Of a stretch of DNA of 64,000 nt, positions 1-8,420 are shown piece by piece (position 1 is the first letter of the stretch; each line of letters starts with the position of its first letter). A program made the translations under genes and the position numbers. The DNA comes from Prochlorococcus sp. AG-363-P01 (GTDB lineage: Bacteria > Cyanobacteriota > Cyanobacteriia > PCC-6307 > Cyanobiaceae): positions 30,877 through 94,876 of the forward strand of contig QCGC01000003.1 of assembly GCA_003278225.1 (NCBI GenBank). The letters are read 5' to 3'. Under the pieces are notes generated by a model. The model searched no databases. It saw nothing but the letters and a program-made list of their open reading frames with translations, and was not told the origin of the DNA.

Positions 1-17
1 ATTGATGAAGTTGTCAT
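1..17 (-). CDS. Possible 5' end of a gene running off the window (MTTSS...)
   Basis: ATG at 17 on - strand reads MTTSS, like the N-terminus of the hli at 17982-18185; only 5 full codons visible. Confidence 0.25.
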
Positions 18-381
18 TAGAAAAATTTATTAAAAAGCAAAAGTCGGCTAGAACCAACCTGTTACGAACTATAACTAATTTGTTACGGAGTATGAAGGTT
101 CGGTTACCCGTCTAGGACTGATAGTTATTTAATAAACGCAAAAAGCCTTTAACTCTAATTATATTCGATATCATGCTTAGTCAATAGTTTAGATTTGGAT
201 TTATGTAAATACGCTAATAATTTAAATTAAAATATTTATATGAGCATCCTATGCAGTGATTGCTGTATATGCTCGCTACATTATTATGATGTCTTATTTA
301 TTTTATTGCTTTGTCTATATTGTTTATTTGGTTCATATTTAAATTGGAGATAAGTTAACCTTACAGCTCAAAACTATTTGA

Positions 382-1167
382 TTAAACCTTTCTTTGAATA
401 GCTAATGAACCTAAACAAAGGCAGCTAATGAGAGGGCCTGGGGAAAGGTTAAATGCCATCGCTAGCCAAAAGCCTATAAAAGATATAAGAATTCCATACC
501 CAGCCGAACGAATCATTGCAGAATGTAAGCTAGTCGCTTGATATAAACCAAAAAGGGCTGGTGTTGAAAGTAACCCTATAACTAAAACAACACCTACCGC
601 AGCCATTGAACTCACAATAACCAGTGCGGTAACAAACCCAAGTGCCAGTCGTAAGGAAGAAATTCTTAGTCCGTTCGCACTTGCACCGTCAGGGTCTAAA
701 CCTAAATAAACTAATTTTTGATAAGAGGTTTTTAACAGTAGCAATAATGCAATAGCTGAAAGCAAGATTCTTATTAGATCAATAGATCCTACAGCAAGTA
801 GATCGCCAAATAAAATAGACTCTAGATCTACTCTTATTTCTAAAAGAGGAATCAATAAAACCCCTAAACCAAGTGTTCCGGCAAGAACAGTATTTGTAAC
901 AGCCTCGTTTTCTCCGTTTCTTTTTAAGGCAAGTCTTTCTGCAACAAGAGCCCCAATTAACCCACTAAACACTCCACCCAATGCAGGATCAATTCCTAAA
1001 AAAAGTGCCAAGACAAGGCCTGGAACTACTGCATGAGATATTAAATTAGCTTGGAGTAGGCGACGATGTGTAATCAAAACAGCACCAGTTGCAGGACAAA
1101 GCATGCCTACTAAAAGGGCCATTAGAAATGGCGAAACCCACCAATTAGAAAAAAATGTTTCTATCAA
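382..1167 (-). CDS. znuB: Zn/Mn ABC transporter permease (ABC-3 family)
   Basis: Hydrophobic; ISHAVVPG, ILFGDLL, AVGVVLVIGLLSTPA motifs; clustered with ATPase and substrate-binding protein. Confidence 0.9.
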   Translation of the reverse strand: MIETFFSNWWVSPFLMALLVGMLCPATGAVLITHRRLLQANLISHAVVPGLVLALFLGIDPALGGVFSGLIGALVAERLALKRNGENEAVTNTVLAGTLGLGVLLIPLLEIRVDLESILFGDLLAVGSIDLIRILLSAIALLLLLKTSYQKLVYLGLDPDGASANGLRISSLRLALGFVTALVIVSSMAAVGVVLVIGLLSTPALFGLYQATSLHSAMIRSAGYGILISFIGFWLAMAFNLSPGPLISCLCLGSLAIQRKV

Positions 1168-1217
1168 GGAACTAAAGGACTAATGTTGACAAAGGCTTGT
1201 GATGTTAATTTCAGAGG

Positions 1218-1622
1218 ATGAGCGATAAAAACTTTGATCTTAAGACCCGACAACAGCAGATCTTGAGAGCATTGAATAATTGTGCTGATGAGGTTAGTGG
1301 CCAAGAACTTCATCGTACATTGATCAAAGCCTCATCTAACATGGGGTTGACTACGGTTTATAGACATCTTCGTGCCCTTCAGCAGAAAGGATTGGTGCGA
1401 TGCCGAAACCTCCCAACAGGGGAAGCACTCTATAGCCCTGTGAATAGGGATCATCATCATTTGACTTGTGTTGATTGTGGGCAGACACTTGTTCTGAAAT
1501 CTTGCCCAATAAAGAACATCGAATTGTCTAAGACCCAAACCAAAAACTTTGAGTTGTTGTATCACACCCTTGAGTTTTTCGGTCTTTGTCAAAATTGTCA
1601 TCAGCGTCAGAAAATGACTTAA
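1218..1622 (+). CDS. zur: Fur-family zinc uptake regulator
   Basis: GLTTVYRHL helix, DHHHLTCVDCG and FGLCQNC motifs; embedded in a Zn ABC locus. Confidence 0.88.
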   Translation: MSDKNFDLKTRQQQILRALNNCADEVSGQELHRTLIKASSNMGLTTVYRHLRALQQKGLVRCRNLPTGEALYSPVNRDHHHLTCVDCGQTLVLKSCPIKNIELSKTQTKNFELLYHTLEFFGLCQNCHQRQKMT

Positions 1623-1635
1623 ATCTGAAATTTGA

Positions 1636-2331
1636 TTAACCACAACAGTGATTACCCATGCTGCTAATTGATTGAAGCTTGTTTCGAACCTCATCTGGAG
1701 TTCCAAATGCTAAAACTGTTCGGTCAAGAGCGATGACTTTGTCGTAAGCATTTAAAGCTTGACCCCAGTCATGACTGCTTACTACTACCGTCAACCCAGC
1801 CTCAGCAAGTTGACGAACAATGCGTAGGAACTGACTCCTTGATGGAGGGTCGAGGGCAGCACAGGGTTCATCCAAAAGGAAAACGGTTGCATTTTGAGCC
1901 AGGGTTTTTGCAAGTAATGCTCTTTGCTGCTGTCCACCAGATAACGAATCTAGTCGTTTTTTAGCTAAAGCAGAGAGTCCGACCCTTTGAAGAGAGGCTT
2001 CTGTCTCACAACATGATTTATTAGCAGCATTCACTTGGCCTAGGGCAACCAAATCTTCAACAGTTATAGGAAAGTTCCAATTAATAGAGCTTCTTTGAGG
2101 CATTAATGCAACTTGACGTCGATTGATTCCTAAAGGATGCGCATCTAGAAAAATCGCTCCTTGATGAGGCAAGCTTTGTCCTTGCAATAGGCGCAGTAAA
2201 GTTGATTTTCCTGCTCCGTTTGGACCTACAAGAGCAGTAAGAGTTCCTGATTTCAGCTCTAGGGAAATGTCCTTGAGGACGTACTCTTTGCCATAGGCAT
2301 ATGACAAATGATTTGCGATGAGACTAGTCAA
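1636..2331 (-). CDS. znuC: Zn/Mn ABC transporter ATP-binding protein
   Basis: GPNGAGKST, LSGGQQQR, LLDEP; C-terminal NHCCG tail. Confidence 0.92.
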   Translation of the reverse strand: MTSLIANHLSYAYGKEYVLKDISLELKSGTLTALVGPNGAGKSTLLRLLQGQSLPHQGAIFLDAHPLGINRRQVALMPQRSSINWNFPITVEDLVALGQVNAANKSCCETEASLQRVGLSALAKKRLDSLSGGQQQRALLAKTLAQNATVFLLDEPCAALDPPSRSQFLRIVRQLAEAGLTVVVSSHDWGQALNAYDKVIALDRTVLAFGTPDEVRNKLQSISSMGNHCCG

Positions 2332-2379
2332 TCAGGGATGTAGTAAGAGCTAACCATCAGAGCCTAGCCTAAAATAAAA

Positions 2380-2402
2380 ATAGAAATGATTTTCATTTGC
2401 AA
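2380..2402. promoter_or_regulatory. Zur box between divergent znuC and znuA
   Basis: Palindrome AAATGA-TTT-TCATTT (2384-2398) resembles the cyanobacterial Zur core AATGATNATCATT. Confidence 0.75.
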
Positions 2403-2439
2403 ATAATTCTTTTTTTAGCAGGGTTAAGTTCTTACTATT

Positions 2440-3387
2440 TTGCTTGAAACTTTTGTATTGGGTTTGTTGAGTATTCGATTTGCGTTAACAGCTTGCTCTT
2501 TTTTATGTAGCCTGTTTATTGGGTCAACCTTCACAAAAGCCTCGGAGTTAAGGCCAAGTGTGATTGCATTCGATGGGGTTCTTTGTGACCTTGTTCGGAC
2601 TTTGGCTTCAAACTCTGCGGATGTTTTCTGCGTGATTCCGCCAACTGGGGATCCGCATTTCTATCGCTTAAAGCCCCAAGACTTGCAGGCCATAGCAAAG
2701 GCAGACATTGTGTTTCACAATGGCTTTTATTTAACGCCTGCGGCCTTACGACTATCAACAAAAGCATCTGTGGTAGCAGTCGCAGAGAAAGCACTGCCCA
2801 CCTACAAGGGAAAAGATCCTCATGTTTGGCATGACCCAAGCAATGTCTCTGCTATGGCGACCACCATAGAACAAAGCCTAGTAAAAGCTTTGCCTAAATC
2901 GGAGTTCGCTGAGCTGAATTCACGCACAGCAAGAACAAAGTCCATTCTCAAAGAGTTAAGTGAATGGACCGACTCTCAGGTGAGATCGATACCTGTCGCA
3001 AATCGAGTTCTTGTGACTCAACATCGTGCTTTTAGTCATTTGACTACAAGGTTTCAACTGCGTGAACTTCCTATGATTGACTCTTTCGCTACTGGAGGGA
3101 CTCTTCGCCCTTCTAGTCTTGGCAAGATTGTATCTGAGGTCCAAAAGTCTGGCAGTCGTGTCTTGTTCACTGAATCCCTCCCAGTCAACAAGACACTTAA
3201 ACGAATAAGCAAAGCTTCGGGCCTTTCTATAAGTAATGCCCCGTTATATCCTGATGGCCTTGCACCAGGTCTTTCACTGGTTGAAACTGCAATCTCCAAT
3301 ATTTGTGTGATTGCAAGAGGTCAAGGAAGTTCTTGTGATCAGGAAGCGGCTGATGGAATTGCTGCTTCTTGGAAAAATATTCGGTAA
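2440..3387 (+). CDS. znuA: Metal ABC transporter substrate-binding protein (cluster A-I, Zn type)
   Basis: DPHFY, DPHVWHD, QHRAF (His third ligand, Zn-type), PDGL; no His-rich loop; start uncertain. Confidence 0.88.
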   Translation: MLETFVLGLLSIRFALTACSFLCSLFIGSTFTKASELRPSVIAFDGVLCDLVRTLASNSADVFCVIPPTGDPHFYRLKPQDLQAIAKADIVFHNGFYLTPAALRLSTKASVVAVAEKALPTYKGKDPHVWHDPSNVSAMATTIEQSLVKALPKSEFAELNSRTARTKSILKELSEWTDSQVRSIPVANRVLVTQHRAFSHLTTRFQLRELPMIDSFATGGTLRPSSLGKIVSEVQKSGSRVLFTESLPVNKTLKRISKASGLSISNAPLYPDGLAPGLSLVETAISNICVIARGQGSSCDQEAADGIAASWKNIR

Positions 3388-3436
3388 GTCTTCTCACTAA
3401 CTTTCTTTTTTATTTAACTACTAACTACTTGATTTC

Positions 3437-4378
3437 ATGTCTACCTATTTTCTTAAAAATCTCAATTCATTCAAAGTTGCTTTGATGATGGGTTATGCCT
3501 GTATAAGCTTAGAGGCTACATCTCCGCTCACTAGTCATGCACATGGAGGAGGGGGAGGAGATCCTTTAGAAGTTGGAGAATTTAGGACGACTCCACTATT
3601 GGTAATTGAAGGACATGGTGGTTTTGAAAATAATCTTGAGGGTAATCCTAAGCATTATGGCCTTGACACTCTATTAGGAGTAGTAATGGAGTGGGGTTTA
3701 GAAAATAACGCTAACTTCTCTATTGAAGCTGGTGTAGGACCTGTCTTAGTTTGGGGAGAAGCAGAACATTTCTATGGCGCTGTTCATGAAGAGGAAGGAC
3801 ATGACGACCATGGTGATGACCATGACACTGAATACAAGCGCATAGATGTGCGGGGGCTCTTGAAATTTAAGTACGCAGCAAATGATCGAGTTAGCTTTGC
3901 AATGGATGCTAAACCATATTATGTGACTAAATCTCAGGGAGAGGAAAAGGAGGGGACTAAGAATGAAATTGGAGTAAAAGGAGTTTTTGAACTAGGTGAT
4001 GGAGACGTTGACTTTGCTTTAGGTGATCAAATCACAGACATAATTGATGGAACTTATCTAAGTGTTGAGCACCGGCAAGGTTGGGAGCCTGATGGCCATT
4101 GGCAAGGGGCATATACGGATCCGCGTGTAGGAGTTGGATTTGCTCTTGATCTTGTAGGCATTAGCTTTGAGGCTGGCCCACGATTTTACTCCCCAAAAAG
4201 TGATTCAGAGCTGAGCAATCGCATAGATTTTGCTAGCGAGTTAGAAGTGAGTCGACCAATTGGAGATAATGCAGAATTATTTATTCATTGGCAGCCAACA
4301 TTTAGCAAGAAAGATGGTCATGAATGGAGAGAAGGTTGGCAACATCATGTGGGGACAGGGGTGACATTTAGCTTTTAA
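3437..4378 (+). CDS. Hypothetical His-rich secreted protein, putative outer-membrane beta-barrel
   Basis: Signal peptide ending SHA/H; HEEEGHDDHGDDHD loop; alternating beta-strand pattern; C-terminal GVTFSF. Confidence 0.75.
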   Translation: MSTYFLKNLNSFKVALMMGYACISLEATSPLTSHAHGGGGGDPLEVGEFRTTPLLVIEGHGGFENNLEGNPKHYGLDTLLGVVMEWGLENNANFSIEAGVGPVLVWGEAEHFYGAVHEEEGHDDHGDDHDTEYKRIDVRGLLKFKYAANDRVSFAMDAKPYYVTKSQGEEKEGTKNEIGVKGVFELGDGDVDFALGDQITDIIDGTYLSVEHRQGWEPDGHWQGAYTDPRVGVGFALDLVGISFEAGPRFYSPKSDSELSNRIDFASELEVSRPIGDNAELFIHWQPTFSKKDGHEWREGWQHHVGTGVTFSF

Positions 4379-4498
4379 CCTGCCTAGATCCAATTTAAAC
4401 AAAGCTAATCTCTGTTGCTGTATTATACGAATAGCTACTATGAGATAGGTATTAAATAAAATATATGGAATCAGAGGTGAAGACCTGGTTTGTGGAGA

Positions 4499-4554
4499 TG
4501 GGCAAAAACACTCCGGAGTAAAGACTTGGGCATAAACACTCCGGCGTAAAGACT
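4499..4554. repeat. 28-bp tandem direct repeat, 2 copies
   Basis: tgggcaaaaacactccggagtaaagact / tgggcataaacactccggcgtaaagact, 2 mismatches. Confidence 0.85.
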
Positions 4555-4680
4555 GATTTACATTTTGAACCTTTGTGGGTTACACCAGATGTAGGACCAA
4601 AGGCTTCTCAAGGAACAGTCTTAGGCCTTAGGAGAGGGTTGGTTGACAACCCTATCTGCTAACAAGTGCTGTAGGTTTTT

Positions 4681-4917
4681 ATGAAAAATCAAAAGATGAT
4701 TAGAGAGAATACTGATGAGGTTATTTGCTATCCCTCTAAGTATTCACTTGATATTGATCAACTTGATAGACGCCAAGAAGAGATGAAGAGAAGGTTTTTG
4801 CTTCTGCAATCTAGACGAAGTTATTTAGAGCGAGAGTTAAAGGCTGTTAAGACCGGCTTGCTCCAATTAGACCAACAAATGCATAGTTACTCAGCTTATA
4901 AGAAAATGAGTAAGTAA
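4681..4917 (+). CDS. Hypothetical coiled-coil protein
   Basis: 78-aa ORF with heptad-like Leu pattern. Confidence 0.6.
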   Translation: MKNQKMIRENTDEVICYPSKYSLDIDQLDRRQEEMKRRFLLLQSRRSYLERELKAVKTGLLQLDQQMHSYSAYKKMSK

Positions 4918-5120
4918 AATCCATGTTCCCCTAGCGAGAGGTGAACATAAGAGGTAATTAAAAATGTTCTTGTCCAGCGGGATATCGACTGCTTGGACTT
5001 GGCATACTGGAGAAGATGTAATTACAGCTATTAAGAGCGAAACAAGACCCTTTGTGCTTTCTTATAGACCATCACTCTTAGACCCTTCGTTTTTATAGTC
5101 GATGAATTTGATTTACTAAA

Positions 5121-5450
5121 TCAGCCCCAGCCATTCGAAGACATTGATTCAACATATGCTGCCACTTCAGTGATCTCTGTAGGGCTTAATACACCAGTGA
5201 AAGATGGCATTGGTGCTTTTCCATTTGTGACTTGAGCAACAATGGCAGCTTCATGGTCTGAGTTGTAGTTAGTTAAAAAGCTTTTTAAATCAGATTGCGA
5301 AAGGGTTCTTGCTGGGTTCAAGGTATTGCCTCCGCCTGCATGACAAGCGGCACAATTAGCTGAGAAGATTCCAGCTCCATCTGCCATGGCCATAGCAGGG
5401 GTGAAAAAGCTAATGGTGAGTGCAATAACTGCCGACAGAAGAAGTCTCAT
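5121..5450 (-). CDS. petJ: Cytochrome c6
   Basis: Signal peptide, CAACH heme motif, GKAPMPSF axial Met. Confidence 0.93.
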   Translation of the reverse strand: MRLLLSAVIALTISFFTPAMAMADGAGIFSANCAACHAGGGNTLNPARTLSQSDLKSFLTNYNSDHEAAIVAQVTNGKAPMPSFTGVLSPTEITEVAAYVESMSSNGWG

Positions 5451-5913
5451 TTGATGCCTGCATTTGTATTGTGTCTTCTAATCTGGATCATTATTTAGCT
5501 TTCTAGCTTTAATTCTGAGGAAATGTTTTGTTTTGAAACCAGGCAGCCAAACTTATAGAATTGAATTTAATACTCTTGGATCAGATGCATTGATGTTAAA
5601 GGGTTTTGAGTTGTGACCTTTAGGCTGACAAACTCCAGCTACATCTAAATGGCTTCTCCAAAAAGTTAGTTCGCATTAACTAAGCGCTTTTTATTCATCC
5701 GTATTTCAATAGCACCTGCTGCGAAAAGTCATAGAGACAGCTCTGACAGCCACAACTCACTATTCAAACCAATCAAATAGTTATGAATCCACGCGAGAAG
5801 TTTTCTCAAAACACTAATGTCGCATGGACCAATATCTAAGTCTTTCCCTGATGTTTTTGTAAGAAGTAGAAGACATAATAATTAATTCAAATTAATTACG
5901 ATTTCAGGGATTA

Positions 5914-6342
5914 TTAAGGGGTCCCATGGGTCGCACATGGCATCCAGAGTTTTCCCATTTTGTGAATACCTAAACATCCAAGTTTCTTGGCTTCTGCCTC
6001 TGCCTGAGATCTTGTTGGGAAGGCATATATGTTTTTTGTAGATGAATAATCTGAGGTTTTTAGGGTTTGTTGCAGAGCCGCACCTTCTGGGCTCCAGACC
6101 TTGAGCCCCATAGTTGTGATTCCTGCAGAAAATATCCCCATTCCAACTATGGAGGCATTAACAACTCCCATCGCCACAACCCCAAGTGATACAACTCCCA
6201 TAGGCACTATCCCAATAGTGACGATACCCATTGGGACAATCCCAATTGAGATCAATCCAAGTGGCGCTATGCCTATAGCAATTTTTTTAGGCTTGCTGCC
6301 ACAATGAGATGTTTGTAATGGTTGCTGCTCAGAGTCATTCAT
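5914..6342 (-). CDS. Gly-rich hydrophobic 10-residue repeat protein fused to DUF3721
   Basis: (I/L)GxxPMGxxS-type repeats; C-terminal AEAEAKKLGCLGIHKMGKLWMPC. Confidence 0.75.
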   Translation of the reverse strand: MNDSEQQPLQTSHCGSKPKKIAIGIAPLGLISIGIVPMGIVTIGIVPMGVVSLGVVAMGVVNASIVGMGIFSAGITTMGLKVWSPEGAALQQTLKTSDYSSTKNIYAFPTRSQAEAEAKKLGCLGIHKMGKLWMPCATHGTP

Positions 6343-6368
6343 AACGTTGACCTGTGAATTCTCTAGTG

Positions 6369-6617
6369 CTAGTGCCTATGGTTGTGATGTGAATGCCCAG
6401 ATTGTTTCATGCTTTCTTTAGGAAGTTTATGAGTCCGGCAAGGCATCCATTTGTCCCCCATTTTGTGAGCACCAGTGCAGTTGAAATTTTTCGCTGCCTG
6501 CTCAGCTTCTGCTTTTGTGTTGAAAAGAGCAGGTATACCCTTTTGTTCGGATTCAGTTGAACAACCAATCAGAAACGCAGAAGAGCAGAGAATGGGGAGA
6601 AAAAATTGAGGTTTCAA
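6369..6617 (-). CDS. DUF3721 lipoprotein with His-rich tail
   Basis: LIGC lipobox, AEQAAKNFNCTGAHKMGDKWMPC, tail GHSHHNHRH; TTG at 6617 is a more plausible start than 6701. Confidence 0.78.
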   Translation of the reverse strand: MKPQFFLPILCSSAFLIGCSTESEQKGIPALFNTKAEAEQAAKNFNCTGAHKMGDKWMPCRTHKLPKESMKQSGHSHHNHRH

Positions 6618-6660
6618 AGACTTAATATTAATATCTTCAATAGATCTACTTCCAATTTGG

Positions 6661-6694
6661 GTGAATTTCAATAAATGAGTGAATTTCAATAAAT
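6661..6694. repeat. 16-bp direct repeat, 18-bp period
   Basis: gtgaatttcaataaat at 6661-6676 and 6679-6694. Confidence 0.8.
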
Positions 6695-6707
6695 TTGGCA
6701 ATTTAAT

Positions 6708-6917
6708 TTGAATGATCTAGAAAACTTTGCGAAAAAAAATTATCAATTGAATCGACTCTTGTCCCTTGCGGATCGCATTAGTGAGAGCAGTGAGATTGCA
6801 TTCGGAGGGCCAATTGATGATTTGTTAAAGGGGGAACGGCTATTTTTGCCTAAGAAAACCAATCTAAATCAGGATCAAAGAATTGTATCGAGTAAAAGTA
6901 AACAATCAAAAGTTTGA
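6708..6917 (+). CDS. Hypothetical protein
   Basis: 69-aa ORF, TTG start. Confidence 0.45.
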   Translation: MNDLENFAKKNYQLNRLLSLADRISESSEIAFGGPIDDLLKGERLFLPKKTNLNQDQRIVSSKSKQSKV

Positions 6918-7084
6918 ATCATTTGAATTTAATGGTCTTTAAAATCTAAATAAATATTTTTATCAACCTTTATTTAATTCATAAAAATTGATTTGAATAA
7001 AATTCAATTTTTAGGTAAAGTTTGGATAGAAGTCTGTAATTTTTCTGTACCTAACTCAATTAAATTAAAAATCAACAAAATACT

Positions 7085-7633
7085 ATGAATGTACAAGATG
7101 CAATTAAAAATCGAAGGACAATCCATTCTTTCAACACAAAGCTTGTTCCAGAAATAATTATTGAACGAGCAATAGAAGCTGCTAACTATGCCCCTTGTCA
7201 CCTTCATACTTTCCCCTGGCGGTTTATAAGCATCAAACAGGAGAAAAGACAATTGTTAGCCAATGAGGCCTTAGACCTTAAATTTCAGAATCACTCGCTA
7301 GATGCAATAACGAAGGAGAAAGTCCTGAAGAAATTTCTTAACCCTTCCCATCTAATTATTGCTAGTCAGGTCTTAAATGCTGATGCTAAAAGAGAACTTG
7401 AAGATTATGCAGCTTGTGCATGTGCTATTCAAAACTTATCTCTTTCATTAGTTGGGGATGGTGTCGGCAGCAAATGGTCTACAGGAAAGATAACGTCAAC
7501 TCAGCAGACTTACAAGATTATTGGAATTGATCCGAATCAGGAGAAAATCATCGGTTTTATATGGATTGGTTATGGTGAACTGCCTCCTAAAATAAAGCGT
7601 CCTTTAGTCACATCTATTTTTTGGGAATGGTGA
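7085..7633 (+). CDS. Nitroreductase family protein
   Basis: AIKNRRTIHSF, AANYAPCH..PWRF, ACAIQNLSL, GVGSKWST, IWIGY. Confidence 0.9.
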   Translation: MNVQDAIKNRRTIHSFNTKLVPEIIIERAIEAANYAPCHLHTFPWRFISIKQEKRQLLANEALDLKFQNHSLDAITKEKVLKKFLNPSHLIIASQVLNADAKRELEDYAACACAIQNLSLSLVGDGVGSKWSTGKITSTQQTYKIIGIDPNQEKIIGFIWIGYGELPPKIKRPLVTSIFWEW

Positions 7634-7665
7634 TTATATTTCGATTAATAAAGTAAGTTTTCAGA

Positions 7666-8072
7666 TCATTTACTTGCCCATCGGTACCATTTTATTTTTT
7701 GTTTTAGCTTTTCAATTATACGAGCTTTTATAAGCTCAATGTCTTTAGAAGTTGGTTCCCAATCTTGATAAAGATCATTTGGCTATTGCTCTTTTTTAAA
7801 CTTTCTTTTTGGATTGGGCTTCATTCCTCGAGCCTGTATTTCTCTAATAAGCTTTAGATATCTTTTATTAAGGTATTTACCTTTATCATAGAAAAATCTT
7901 ACATGACCAACATTTAATGTAAATTCCTCTGGTATTGTTGCTTTTGTTTTATTCCAATTAGGAGATTTTAATGAACGCTGTAGTGCCGAACCAATCATAA
8001 AAATACTCTATACTCTGCAATTAAATGTTGATCAGATAACTCACTTGGATTTATTAAATTGATTCTTGTCAT
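7666..8072 (-). pseudogene. denV: Pyrimidine dimer DNA glycosylase (T4 endonuclease V family), disrupted
   Basis: MTRINLINPSELSDQHLIAEYR, frameshift near 8003, then IFMIGSAL..GHVRFFYDKGKYL; TAG at 7783-7785 followed in frame by PNDLYQDWEPT..KWYRW. Confidence 0.88.
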
Positions 8073-8074
8073 TT

Positions 8075-8401
8075 TCAATCAAAAGTAAATGAAGACTTCC
8101 TATTCAGCGCTAGATGCTCAAAAAAAACATCCCTTAAGATGAGGACTTTTTGCCTTGATTTTGAAAAACTCATGAATTCTTTTTTAAGAAGCCTGTTAAA
8201 GGCTTGGGATGCATTCCCCTTAGGTGCTTTGTGCTGAGCTAAGCAGGTAGAGGCTTGCACCCTTAACCTTTTGAGAACTAGTTTAATTAATATTCTCATG
8301 AAATTCCAGGTCACTATTTTATGATGTTGTTTTGTTGAATACCTTTGTAAGGAATTTAGATCTCCTTTTTCTTCCGTTTTAAAATGGTTAATAACGCTCA
8401 A
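8075..8401 (-). CDS. Hypothetical protein
   Basis: ORF ends 2 bp before the denV start; no recognised motif. Confidence 0.35.
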   Translation of the reverse strand: MSVINHFKTEEKGDLNSLQRYSTKQHHKIVTWNFMRILIKLVLKRLRVQASTCLAQHKAPKGNASQAFNRLLKKEFMSFSKSRQKVLILRDVFFEHLALNRKSSFTFD

Positions 8402-8420
8402 TCAACAAACCCTTGACTCT

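Noticed and set aside
6101-6307. Pro/Ile/Thr-rich + strand ORF (likewise 16475-16714)
   Set aside because: Antisense shadows of the Gly-rich repeat genes
7783-7998. 71-aa ORF as a stand-alone gene
   Set aside because: Internal fragment of the denV pseudogene
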